Position numbers and translations under genes: made by a program. Under the pieces are notes generated by a model that searched no databases, was not told the DNA's origin, and was given only the letters and a program-made list of their open reading frames with translations. Positions 18,242 through 27,775 of a stretch of DNA of 64,000 nt are shown here, piece by piece (within the stretch, counting starts at the first letter, position 1; each line of letters starts with the position of its first letter). The DNA lies in the NCBI GenBank assembly GCA_000092065.1, contig CP000581.1. One strand, given 5' to 3'. Source of the DNA: Ostreococcus lucimarinus. Taxonomy: Eukaryota.

Positions 18242-19324
18242 TTAAAAATACTTGTTTCCGAAGACCTTGGCGTCGTGCTCCTTCTTGAAATCATCGCGCG
18301 TCTGCGTGCCCGCCACTCCACCTCGATCGTTCAGCGTCGTGCGATCGAGTCTGATGTGATGCGGCGGTTGCAAAACAGCCTTCTCCGCGTCCGTCATTCC
18401 GTCCTCCGTGCCGTCGGGCCAGGTGGGATAGTACGACCGCCCGTATGCGTACGTCGACGGCGCGAATCTATACAGCACCGCTCGCCGCGTGTGCTTGGCC
18501 GTCCACGCTTGCGTACCGTGCGTCGCGGCTTCGGTAAAAAATAACACATCTCCAGCCTTCATCTTCGGGTTTACGACAAGGTCTTGATGCGACTTGTACT
18601 CTAAAATTTCTTGCGGGCACGGAAACATGGACTTGTGCGACCCCGGAAGGATGCAAAATCCTCCATCCCCGGGTTCAGTGTCGCTCAACGCCACGCTCAC
18701 ACCGATGAGTTGGTTATACATTCTCCCGCCTTCGCACGTGTACGCGAGCTCTTGACACCAACTCCCATCCGGATTCATCCTCCCTCCGTGAAACACGAAG
18801 CCGTCGGCGCCCGTCTTCTGTTGAATCATCAACGGTAAGTGATCCATGCGATACCCCTCCCCGACGAGCTCGTGATAATAAGGCACCAAGCGCTCGTGCG
18901 CGAGCACAGATCTAAACAACGTCGCGTCTCCGTTCTTCCACGATAACATCCCTCCCAAATCCGCGCGCCCCGTCGTCCCGTCGCCCGCGAGCGGGTCCCC
19001 CGCTTCCCCTCCCAACCGCAGTCGACCCTTGCGTTCGACGATCTCCGATTCCCGCGCATCGATCGCCGCGTTCATTTTCCTCACTTGCTCCGCGTCGTAC
19101 ACCCCGCGCACGACGACGAACCCGCGCAAATCGAACGCAAACTTTTCCTCCGTCGTCATTCGAGGCGTCGTCGTCGTCGACGCGTCGTCGTTGGCGTTCG
19201 CCATGGCGCGCGCGACGCGCTGAGCGCTCGCGCGATGCGAGCGAATCGACGAGGATCGTTCGTTCGACGTCTGGCGACGCCGAGCGCAGTGCGTGAGTAA
19301 AGGTGCGGGCGCCGAGAGAGGCAT
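18242..19324 (-). CDS. Phytanoyl-CoA dioxygenase (PhyH)-family Fe(II)/2-oxoglutarate oxygenase
   Basis: PhyH-like cupin core (FVFHGGRMNP...GDGGFCILPGSHK...GDVLFFTEAATHG). A better start may be M41 (MANANDDAS...) at 19204. Confidence 0.6.
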   Translation of the reverse strand: MPLSAPAPLLTHCARRRQTSNERSSSIRSHRASAQRVARAMANANDDASTTTTPRMTTEEKFAFDLRGFVVVRGVYDAEQVRKMNAAIDARESEIVERKGRLRLGGEAGDPLAGDGTTGRADLGGMLSWKNGDATLFRSVLAHERLVPYYHELVGEGYRMDHLPLMIQQKTGADGFVFHGGRMNPDGSWCQELAYTCEGGRMYNQLIGVSVALSDTEPGDGGFCILPGSHKSMFPCPQEILEYKSHQDLVVNPKMKAGDVLFFTEAATHGTQAWTAKHTRRAVLYRFAPSTYAYGRSYYPTWPDGTEDGMTDAEKAVLQPPHHIRLDRTTLNDRGGVAGTQTRDDFKKEHDAKVFGNKYF

Positions 19325-19381
19325 CGAGTGGCGCGTGACGTCGCTTTTTCGTTGCTACAAGGGAGTGTGCTAATCAATCTT

Positions 19382-20204
19382 CTAATCCATTCTGCTCTTT
19401 AACGTCCTGGTGAACGTCCCGTTGCCCTTGGTGACGACGGTCACGACTCCACCCCAACCGCTCAAACAATCTCTGTTCACGCCCGAGGTCAAGCAGTGCG
19501 AGATGACCTCGAACAACGCCTCGGGATCCAAGTCGCGCTTGTAAAACGACTCGCACACGCCGAAGAGCGACTCGACGTTGTCACCCGCGACGACGAAATC
19601 GTCCGTCGAGGCGTCGGCACCGATCAAATCCATGCTCGTGATGTACGGTTTACCATCTGCATCTAATCCGGCGACCACGGGTTCGGTGTAATACGGTGAG
19701 AATCGTTTCTCGTACAGCGTCGCGCTCACCACCGCGCCGAACACCTTCGGCGACATCACGCGGTTCTCCCGAAGTTCATACATGTCGTGCTTAAACTTTA
19801 ACTTTTGCGCCAGCGTGAGTTGATCGGCGATCAATCCCGTGAGTCCCAAGTACAACCGATCGTGGATCTTGTGCAACTTGGAGTAATCCACCGCCGCGGT
19901 TTGGTTTTGGTTGATGCCCAACCTGAGATCGGACGCGATCGCCACGCAATCCTTCCCCGTCATCGCTGCGTCGCGCGCCGCGCCGTGGTCGTTCGCGCGT
20001 CGTCAGTCACCGTTCATTCGCGTGCGTTCGCGCGTCGCGCGGCACCGTCGCGTCGCGCGTCGCATCGCGCGTCGCGTCGGACGTCGCGCGTCTTCGAATC
20101 GAACCCGCGTCGTCGTCGTCGTCGTCGTCGCGCGTCGTCGCCGTCGTCGTCGTCGTCGCGCACGCACCGATGACGGCGGCGCCGTTGTAGCTCATGATGC
20201 TCAT
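19382..20204 (-). CDS. PSMB3: Proteasome subunit beta type-3 (PSMB3/Pup3). Two exons complement(20168..20204) and complement(19382..~19965); intron ~202 bp (GTGCGT...CAG)
   Basis: Exon 1 gives [12 protein letters not shown] plus one G. Exon 2 supplies CG (Ala) and continues [14 protein letters not shown]...TRTLKSRMD. The result is collinear with human PSMB3 ([28 protein letters not shown]...TRTLKARMD) at ~206 aa. The donor is ATCG|GTGCGT and the GACTGAC branch motif lies 36 nt before the CAG. Confidence 0.9.
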
Positions 20205-20898
20205 CGCGCCCGTCCGTGCGCCCGCGCGGCGTCGCCGAGCGTCGCGCGTCGTCGTGTGCGGCGGTCGGCGGTCAACCACCGCACTCGTCCTCGCGCGTCG
20301 CCGTCGCGCGCGCGCATGCTTCGCCGCGCGTCGCGCGCGCTCGCGTCCCCGTCGCGCCTCGCCGCCGTCGTCGCCGCCGCGCGCCGTCGCCGCGCGCGCC
20401 CGTCGTCGTCGTCGCCGCCGTCGCCGTCGTCGTCGTCGACGTCTTCTCGCGACGCCGACGTCGACGCCGCGCCCACCGGCGCGGACGGCGCGTCGCGCGC
20501 GCCTCGACCGCGCGCGCGCGTCGACGTCGCCGACCTCCCGCGCGCGCGCGCGACCGACGCCGACGCCGAGACGACCGACGTCGACGCCGACGCCGACGCC
20601 GACGCGCTCGCCGCGAAGCGCCGCGCGTTCCACGCCGCGCGCGGCGTCGACGTCGCCGAGCACGGCGGCCCGCGCGGGCTGGAGCCGACGCGGTACGGCG
20701 ATTGGGAGCGCGGCGGGCGCGCGAGCGACTTTTAGCGCGCGCGACGACGCGCCGGCGCGCGAGATTGGATTTGAAACGTTCGTAATCTCGCATCCGACGT
20801 GGCGCGGGCGATCGAACGATCGGTCGCGAGAGCGCGACGCGCGCGCGATCGAACGATCGTCGACGCGCGAGGACGCCGAGGAGGACGACGCGAACGCG

Positions 20899-22473
20899 AT
20901 GCGTCGCGTGACGGCGATCGCGCGGGCGCGCGGCGCGCGACGCGCGGTGGAACGCGCGCGATGCGCGCGCGGAGGGGTGGTAACGGTTGGCGCGACGCCG
21001 CGCGTCGCGGGGGCGCGGAGCGACGCGATGGCGCGCGCGGTAGGGACGCGAACGCGGGCGTCGAGCTCGACGACGGAGGCGCGAGAGAATTTGGGGTTCG
21101 CCGCGCACGGATTGCTGGCGGAGACGGCGGTGTTCGCGCCGATGGATGTGCCGTCGACGGGGGGGACGCGCGCGGGGGCGAACGACGGCGCGGGGGGGGA
21201 GCGAACGTCGTACGCGGTCGATGATTTACCGACGCCGAAGGAGATGGTTCGAGTGTTGGATGAGTACATCGTCGGACAAGCGCACGCGAAGAAGGTGCTG
21301 TCGGTGGCGGTGTATAATCACTATAAGCGCGTAGGGGCGGAGGGCGAACGACGAGCGCGAGAGGCGAGCGCGGCGTTCGCGCAACGACTCGACGAAGAAG
21401 ACGGTGCTTTTGAGGATGAAAATGTAGTGGATGAAAATTCGCTCGATGATGTGACGTTGGAGAAGTCAAATATTTTACTGTGTGGACCGACGGGAAGCGG
21501 AAAGACGCTCTTGGCGAAGACGCTAGCGAAATTCGCCAACGTGCCTTTCGCCATCGCGGATTCGACTACTTTGACTCAGGCCGGTTACGTCGGCGAAGAC
21601 GTGGAGTCCATCTTGCACAAGCTCTTGCAGAACGCGAACTACGACGTTCAGGCAGCGCAGCGCGGCATCGTGTACATTGATGAAATCGACAAGTTGTCTC
21701 GCAAGAGCGACAACGTGAGCATCACGCGAGACGTCTCAGGCGAGGGCGTTCAGCAAGCCCTTTTGAAGATGGTTGAGGGCACGACGGTGAACGTACCGGA
21801 AAAGGGCGGTCGAAAGAACCCGAACTCGCAGTTTGTCCAGCTCGATACGACAAACATTCTTTTCATCTGCGGCGGCGCGTTCACGGGTTTGGAGAGCGTC
21901 ATCCAACAGCGTCTGTCCAAAAGCTCCATCGGTTTCGGTAAACCTGTGATCGCGCGAGATGAGCCAAACAGTAAGCAGGCGGTAGAAGCGGCGGCGAAAG
22001 CCTTGCAAGAGGTGGAGACTGGAGACATAGTCTCTTACGGTTTGATCCCAGAATTTGTCGGACGCTTTCCGGTGTGCGTACCGCTGTCCGCCCTGGGCGA
22101 AAAAGAGCTCGTGGATATCTTGACGAAACCTCGCGACGCAGTGGGCAAGCAGTATCAACGCCTTCTCGAAATGCACGGTGCCGACCTGACGTACACCGAC
22201 GAAGCGCTTTCACTCATCGCACGTGCCGCCGTCAAGCGAGGCACGGGCGCCCGCGGGTTGCGAACGCTTCTCGAGCGTTTGCTCACCGACGCCATGTTTG
22301 AAGTTCCCGACGATCCGACGGTTTCTGAAGTTCTTATCGATGGAGAGAGCGCGGAAGCAGGTCTGGCGCGACGCGGCGTGGCGGGTGCGAAACTCATCAG
22401 ATCGAAAGCGCGAAAATTTAAGGCGAAGAAGGGCTCGGCGAAGGACGAAGAAGGTTCCGCGGCTGAGGCATAA
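20899..22473 (+). CDS. clpX: ATP-dependent Clp protease ATP-binding subunit ClpX, organellar, with an Arg-rich presequence
   Basis: AAA+ core: [18 protein letters not shown] (Walker A), [10 protein letters not shown] (Walker B), sensor and IGF-like loops, and the C-terminal [10 protein letters not shown]. Track ORF 20194..22473 starts inside the PSMB3 first exon region. The first ATG downstream of that overlap is 20899 ([17 protein letters not shown]...). I did not see an N-terminal zinc-ribbon domain. Confidence 0.85.
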   Translation: MRRVTAIARARGARRAVERARCARGGVVTVGATPRVAGARSDAMARAVGTRTRASSSTTEARENLGFAAHGLLAETAVFAPMDVPSTGGTRAGANDGAGGERTSYAVDDLPTPKEMVRVLDEYIVGQAHAKKVLSVAVYNHYKRVGAEGERRAREASAAFAQRLDEEDGAFEDENVVDENSLDDVTLEKSNILLCGPTGSGKTLLAKTLAKFANVPFAIADSTTLTQAGYVGEDVESILHKLLQNANYDVQAAQRGIVYIDEIDKLSRKSDNVSITRDVSGEGVQQALLKMVEGTTVNVPEKGGRKNPNSQFVQLDTTNILFICGGAFTGLESVIQQRLSKSSIGFGKPVIARDEPNSKQAVEAAAKALQEVETGDIVSYGLIPEFVGRFPVCVPLSALGEKELVDILTKPRDAVGKQYQRLLEMHGADLTYTDEALSLIARAAVKRGTGARGLRTLLERLLTDAMFEVPDDPTVSEVLIDGESAEAGLARRGVAGAKLIRSKARKFKAKKGSAKDEEGSAAEA

Positions 22474-22631
22474 CGCCAATGTACACACGTTTGTTTTAAG
22501 TTTGTTTACATCAATATGTAATTTTACGAATGTTACAGCATCTATATATATATGCGATGACAGAAAATGTGCTTGGAGCGCGCTTGGAATGCATAGAATG
22601 CGCCAGCTGCTCGGCGAAGAACGCGCCAGCC

Positions 22632-23645
22632 TCAGCGAGTCTTCGACTTTGATCTCGAATTTGATAGTGAGTCCCTGCAGGCGAGGTAACCGTACATCCA
22701 TGGCATGGCGAGTGTCATCTTGATGAACAAGTGATTGCACCACTGTCTGTCCACGATACCATCTCGTAACAATGTGTAGGCGTTCTCTTGCCAGAACATC
22801 ACCCCCATGCAAAGCGGTTCAAGGACCGCACCGTGCAGCAAGCAGTACTTTGCCTGCAAGTTCGGCGGGAACGACGCCATGGCCACCGCAAGGCCGATGA
22901 TACACGATAGGATGCCGATTGCTAGATGATTTACCATCGCGTACTCGAATCGAGTACCGACTTTGAAATAGTACAGAAGCACCGGATCGCCGAACGCGAA
23001 TGTCGCCCCGTACAGCGCCAACAGAACCCAGTTGAAAAGCATCACCGTATGCGCCGTATTTCGCGGCTTATAAAACGGTCTCACGCGAGGAATCCCTGAA
23101 GACGTCGTCACGCAAAACACTACCGCCAGTCCAAACGAAATCATGAGCGACGACTGACGATAGAAATCCACCAACGTCGCGTTCCCCCGTCCCTGCCCTC
23201 GCCCTTGCGCCCCCTCGAACATCAACAACCCGATCCGCAAATAATTCGCGACCGCCGCGCGATGCACCCACTTCATTCGCACCGCCTCATCGCCCCACCG
23301 AATCACCATCAAAGTCTCTAACACCTCTCTAAAATGCATCACCGTGCACCACATGGACATCGAAAAGAATTCCCTCGTCGCGTTTTCCGCGTTGAAAAGC
23401 CGCTGTCCCGCGTCTTTACCGAACCACGCGAACGGCGCTCCGCACAGCATCTGCGCGAGCGCGAACGCGATGCAGCACCACAGCGCGGGTTTCGTGCCGA
23501 AGAGCGCGCTCGCGATCGCACCGCGCGGCGTCGTTCGTCCAATTCTTCGTCCATCGCGGTCCCTCGTCCGACCGCTCGCGCTCGTCGTCGCCGTCGCGCG
23601 ATCGCGCGCGCTGTCGCTCGCGGTCGTGCTGCTCGCGCGCGTCAT
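22632..23645 (-). CDS. Hypothetical polytopic membrane protein (~6 predicted TM helices), family not recognised
   Basis: The C-terminal 337 aa of track ORF 22632..24509 has normal composition and clear hydrophobic helices (ALWCCIAFALAQMLCGAPFAWF, LMISFGLAVVFCVTT, VMLFNWVLLALYGATFAF, LAIGILSCIIGLAVAMA). The upstream part of the track ORF is antisense of bS6 and Arg-rich junk. The proposed ATG is at 23645..23643 (MTRASSTTASD...). Confidence 0.5.
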   Translation of the reverse strand: MTRASSTTASDSARDRATATTSASGRTRDRDGRRIGRTTPRGAIASALFGTKPALWCCIAFALAQMLCGAPFAWFGKDAGQRLFNAENATREFFSMSMWCTVMHFREVLETLMVIRWGDEAVRMKWVHRAAVANYLRIGLLMFEGAQGRGQGRGNATLVDFYRQSSLMISFGLAVVFCVTTSSGIPRVRPFYKPRNTAHTVMLFNWVLLALYGATFAFGDPVLLYYFKVGTRFEYAMVNHLAIGILSCIIGLAVAMASFPPNLQAKYCLLHGAVLEPLCMGVMFWQENAYTLLRDGIVDRQWCNHLFIKMTLAMPWMYGYLACRDSLSNSRSKSKTR

Positions 23646-23853
23646 GTCGCGCGCGCGTCGCCGGACGACGTGGCGATCCGTCGCGCGCGCGGTGTGGTCG
23701 CGCGCGCGATGTGACGATCGCGTCAGGTTTTCGCGCGCGTCATCGCGTCGTCGCGCGGCAGTGCGCGACGCGCGCGAGCGGCACGACCGCGCGCGGCGAG
23801 CGAGGGCGCGCGCGCGAGCGTCGGCGACGCGCGGGCGACGCGCGGGCGACGGG

Positions 23854-24413
23854 ATGGTGCTGTACGACGCGATGATCGTCGTGAGCGCCAAGGTGCCGAA
23901 GACGGCGTGCGCGGACGTGCTGCGACGACTCGGCGCGAGCGTCATGGACGCGGGCGGGGTGGTGACGAACGTGGCGTCGTACGGCGCGCGGACGCTGGCG
24001 TACGAGTTTCGTCGACCGGGGGAGAAACACTTCGAGGTGCGGCGACGGAGGAGCGAACGATCGCGGGGGTTTGCCAGACGAGACGCGAACGCGAACCGAA
24101 CGAGGACGTCGTCGACGCGCGCGTGCGAGCATCGATGATGGCGCGGCGCGGTGATGATGAATGCGATGAAGGATGGCGACTGACGGCGAGGCGTGAGCGG
24201 CGATCGGACGCGCAGGCACAGTTTGTGAAGATGTCGTTTAACGCGCCGCCGACCCTCGTGGCGGAGGCGGAGCGCACGCTGCGCATCGACGAACGGGTCT
24301 TGCGGTGGGTGATCACGAAAAAGCGCGCTATGAGGCGATTGAATGATTATAAGGCGCACGATCCGAGGAATCCGAACGCGATGCAGAGTTATGATGGGCG
24401 GAAGCCGTCCTGA
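23854..24413 (+). CDS. rps6: Organellar ribosomal protein bS6. Two exons 23854..24036 and 24216..24413; intron 24037..24215 (GTGCGG...CAG)
   Basis: Exon 1 gives MVLYDAMIVVSAKVPKTACADVLRRLGASVMDAGGVVTNVASYGARTLAYEFRRPGEKHFE. Exon 2 gives AQFVKMSFNAPPTLVAEAERTLRIDERVLRWVITKKRAM... This matches the bS6 pattern (Y.i..v.p......v...i...GG.v....G.r.LAY.I....aHY..m.f.ap). The two halves sit in different track ORFs, 23344..24138 and 23907..24413. An Arg-rich presequence may start at the ATG at 23644. Confidence 0.75.
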
Positions 24414-24949
24414 GGGGCTCGAGAGGTGCGGCGGCGCTACGCGTTTGATTTTTTCGTCGACGGAACCGAGCGCGATCGACGATACCCGCGTGAGCTGTTC
24501 GTGAAACACGCGTTCACTCTGCGGATGACGATCAAAATTTAGTTATCCCTGTCTTACTCGCCGTGGCCGGCGTCGTATGATGATTAAGTTATTAGCTCTA
24601 GCCGACGCACGAGCGGCGCGGAGCGAATAGCGATCGCGGGACTGTCGACGAGCGCGCTTGGTTCTCTTTTTTCTCTCTTTTTTGCGTCCAGTCACACACG
24701 TTTGCCGATGAGGATGAAATCTTATCTTAGCGGATTTCTCTGATTTTTCGTGAGGAAATTCAAGACAACTGTTACACAACGCCAAGGCAATGGGTTTTCT
24801 CGACTCGACGGCGTGTCAGGAAGAACGTGGACGATGATAATCTACATATTCGGATTCCCTCAGAGCATGAGCAGTGATCGAGCATGTAACAACCTGACAC
24901 GTTTTCCTGTCACTTGTTTTTGGAGATGACGAACGATGAGCGAGGGAGA

Positions 24950-25093
24950 GTCTCTGATGATGAAGACAGCAAGGGCGTTTCTCAAAGAAACCATTCGCAG
25001 TGCCCGAACTCTAGAGTTTTCGCTACCGATTCGTCGGATGCCTAGCTTGAGAACTAGTGCAGGCCCCACCTTCCTTGGATGTCTGAGGAGACG
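24950..25093 (+). ncRNA. Candidate C/D-box snoRNA-like element (low confidence)
   Basis: 5' GTCTC followed directly by TGATGA (C box) at 24955-24960. 3' CTGA (D box) at 25084-25087 followed by GGAGAC, so GTCTC/GAGAC could form a 5-bp terminal stem. It lies in the AT-rich 3' region between convergent genes. There is no homology evidence and it is long for a snoRNA (~144 nt). Confidence 0.15.
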
Positions 25094-25294
25094 AACTTCG
25101 CTCATCGTTTTGCCAAGTCAAACTAGAATCAAAGTTCTTCGTCGGCTTGAAGTTTTCGTGTTCTGACGCGTCGCGTGACTTTTTTCGCCTTTGCAGGAAT
25201 GTTTAGCAGGTACATTTAGGTGCCGTGTAGTAGCGATTGATGAATAAATGTAGTTTAAAAAGAAGTTAAAGAATAAGAAACGAGGCTTCCGCGC

Positions 25295-26218
25295 TCACCA
25301 GTCGATCTTCTCGCCCGCGTAATCGTACAAGTTACCGCTGTGCTCGAGCGTGGCGCCGCCGATGACTTCGAGCAATCTCGTCACGGCGTATTCCGGAGTG
25401 AAAAGTTTGTCCGCCGGCACGTTCTTCTTGAACGGCTCGCTGAGCTTCGTGTCGACCGTTCCCGGGTGCACGCACATCGCGATGATGGGATGTTTCTTGC
25501 GCGCAAACTCGATGGAACAATTTCTCGTCAACTGATTCAACGCCGTCTTCGACGCTCTGTACGAATGCCAACCGCCCAAGGCGTTATCACCGATACTACT
25601 GACGCGCGCGCTCCAATTCGCGATCACCGGCACGTGTGCGTTACCGGCAAGATTCAACTCCGCCGTCTTCAGCATCAACGGCGAGAAATGTTTCATCATC
25701 ATCGTCGGGCCGAGCGCGTTGACGCGATACGACTCCACCATGTTCTCCGCCTCCGTCCTCGCGATCGAAGTCTCCGGCCGCATCTTCCCCTCGCTCAGCA
25801 CCGCGCTGACGTTCGCCATGAAGTCCAACCTCCCGAACTCTCTCTCGACCGTCGCCGCGGCGGCTTTCATCGACGCCTCGTCCTTGGCGTCCACGCGCAG
25901 CACGCGCAGCCGGTCGCCGTGCGCCTTTTGCAGCTCCTTCAGCCCATCGGCGTTGTCGGGATCTCGACACGTCGCCACGACGACGCCGCCGTGCGACTTA
26001 CCTCGAAAAACATCTCGATCCCGCTCGAGCATCTGCCGCGCCAGCTCGAGCCCGATCCCGCGCGACGCCCCCTGCACGAGCGTCGCGAAAGGCACCGGCG
26101 CGGTGACGTCGGTTCGACTCGCGAACGCTCGCACGGCGCGCATCTCGCGCGCGGACGCCGACGGACGCGCGGCGCGCATCGCGAGCGTCGACATCGCGCA
26201 CTTCATCGCGCTCGCCAT
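25295..26218 (-). CDS. Short-chain dehydrogenase/reductase (SDR) with an N-terminal transit-like peptide
   Basis: GASRGIGLELA (TGxxxGxG NAD(P)-binding motif), NAxG-like, and catalytic YRASK (YxxxK) with upstream Ser. The N-terminus MASAMKCAMSTLAMRAARPSASAREMRAVRAFAS is presequence-like. Confidence 0.85.
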   Translation of the reverse strand: MASAMKCAMSTLAMRAARPSASAREMRAVRAFASRTDVTAPVPFATLVQGASRGIGLELARQMLERDRDVFRGKSHGGVVVATCRDPDNADGLKELQKAHGDRLRVLRVDAKDEASMKAAAATVEREFGRLDFMANVSAVLSEGKMRPETSIARTEAENMVESYRVNALGPTMMMKHFSPLMLKTAELNLAGNAHVPVIANWSARVSSIGDNALGGWHSYRASKTALNQLTRNCSIEFARKKHPIIAMCVHPGTVDTKLSEPFKKNVPADKLFTPEYAVTRLLEVIGGATLEHSGNLYDYAGEKIDW

Positions 26219-26379
26219 GACGAAGACTCGCGCGCGACGATGTGACGGCGCGAGGTCGCGCGCCGGAGGGGCGCGCGAGAGAGGTCGGCGCGCGCGCTTC
26301 GATTCCGCCTCGACGACGACTTCGTGTTACATACAATCGACTAATCCCTCGCCGCGCGCGCGTTTTAACGCGCGCGCGC

Positions 26380-26823
26380 TCAATTCGCCTCGCTCGGCGT
26401 CTTCGTCTTGAGCTGTAGGGCGTGAATCGGGTTATCCATCTCCTCGCTGAGCGCGTCGTAAATCATGCGGTGTCGAAGCACCTGGCGCTTGCCCTCGAAC
26501 GCCTCGCTCACGATCTCCACCTTGAAGTGCGTCTCCGCGCTCGGGTCCCCGCGCGCGGGATTCCCGACGTGCCCGGCGTGCGCCGCGCTCTCGTCGATGA
26601 CGACGAGGGACGCGGGCGCGAGCGCGCGCGTGAGTTTTTGAGTGATGGCGGTGTACACGGGACGACCGACGTTCATCTTCGCCCCGGCGGTCTCTTGACA
26701 CGCGGAGCCGTCGGGTTGGACGTCGACGATCGTGGTCGTTCGACGCGCGCGGCTCGGAGCGCGGGCGCGGCCGGAAAGAAGCGGTGCGCGCGCGTGAACG
26801 ATGAGGGTCGCGGCGACGGGCAT
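26380..26823 (-). CDS. bolA: BolA-family protein with an organellar presequence
   Basis: C-terminal BolA fold signature HFKVEIVSEAFEGKRQVLRHRMIYDALSEEMDNPIHALQLKTKTPSEA. Confidence 0.8.
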   Translation of the reverse strand: MPVAATLIVHARAPLLSGRARAPSRARRTTTIVDVQPDGSACQETAGAKMNVGRPVYTAITQKLTRALAPASLVVIDESAAHAGHVGNPARGDPSAETHFKVEIVSEAFEGKRQVLRHRMIYDALSEEMDNPIHALQLKTKTPSEAN

Positions 26824-26997
26824 GAGCCGGCGAGGCGCGAAGTGCGGTGGAGGGCGCGCGAACGACCGCGCTCGCGGTCGCGGTCGCTGAGCTCGATTTC
26901 GCGTGGATGGCGTGGAAATGCATGGAAGTAGGCGTCGTATTTAAAGCGCGACGCTCGATCGCGCGCGTGATGGTCGTCAGAGCATCGACCGAAGCGG

Positions 26998-27703
26998 TCA
27001 AGCCTTCGTGTACATCTTCGCCAGGTCGTCGAGCGAGTGATCGAGATGGCAGCAAAAGTCGGTGTCGACGTTTTGTTTGCACTTCATCGCGTTTTGCATC
27101 ACCAAGTGGTGAATCTTGAGCGCGTCGACGTAATCCTCCGGCGACATCTCCGCCGCCTTGACGCGTTGGCAGAGACAATATTCGCCGATGAGGGCGATGA
27201 TCTTCCCGCAGTGTTCTTCCTTGGTCATCACCCACCGCATGGACTGGTTCAACTTCACCGGATCCGACAACCCACCGGCGAGCTCATTGATCTGCGTCAT
27301 GGCTTTTCGAATCGTCGCCGACATTTCGCGAAGACTCGCCACCATGGCGGGATCGTCGAAAATCCCGCACGGCACTTGACAGTGCCCACCGCGCACGCGC
27401 ACGCGCGCGTGCACGGTAGATTCGTTTTCGAGCGCCGCGTCGTCCCGCAGCACCGCGCCGCGCGCGTCGGTTAAGTAATCGAACGCCGCGCCTCGGCGTC
27501 GCAGCGCCGCGCGCGCCGACCCCGCCGTCGCCGCGTCCCTAACCACCAGCGTCTTTCCCTCCACTGCGCGCGCGCGCGTTCGAGCGTTTCGTCAGTCGCG
27601 CGCTCGCCGTCGTCGTTCGCGCCTTCGCCACGCGTCCCGCGCCGACGCGTCGATCGCGCGCGCGCGGCGCGCGACGCGCACCCGTGCGCGCGAAGATTTG
27701 CAT
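26998..27703 (-). CDS. sodN: Nickel superoxide dismutase (NiSOD, sodN) fused to a degenerate N-terminal ubiquitin-like leader. Two exons complement(27682..27703) and complement(26998..27563); intron 27564..27681 (GTGCGC...CAG)
   Basis: The Ni-hook HCQVPCGIF follows directly after ...VHARVRVRGG. The leader MQIFARTVEGKTLVVRD...LENESTVHARVRVRGG aligns with ubiquitin (MQIFVKTLTGK...QKESTLHLVLRLRGG). The track ORF begins at a GTG with no in-frame ATG. The real ATG CAA ATC TTC GCG CGC ACG G sits 118 bp upstream and joins through a G|GTGCGC donor and a CAG acceptor, with GACTGAC 27 nt upstream of the AG. The split codon G+TG gives Val. Confidence 0.85.
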
Positions 27704-27775
27704 GTCGAGTCGATTCGTCGTAAAGTGACGCGACTTCGTCGTCGCGACTTCGACGCGCGTCCGAGGCGCGCGCGC

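Noticed and set aside
20007-21269. 420-aa minus ORF, plus 20272..21108- and 20216..20785+, full of poly-Arg
   Set aside because: Products of the ultra-GC-rich PSMB3/ClpX intergenic block. Only the last 12 codons ([12 protein letters not shown]) are real, and they are PSMB3 exon 1.
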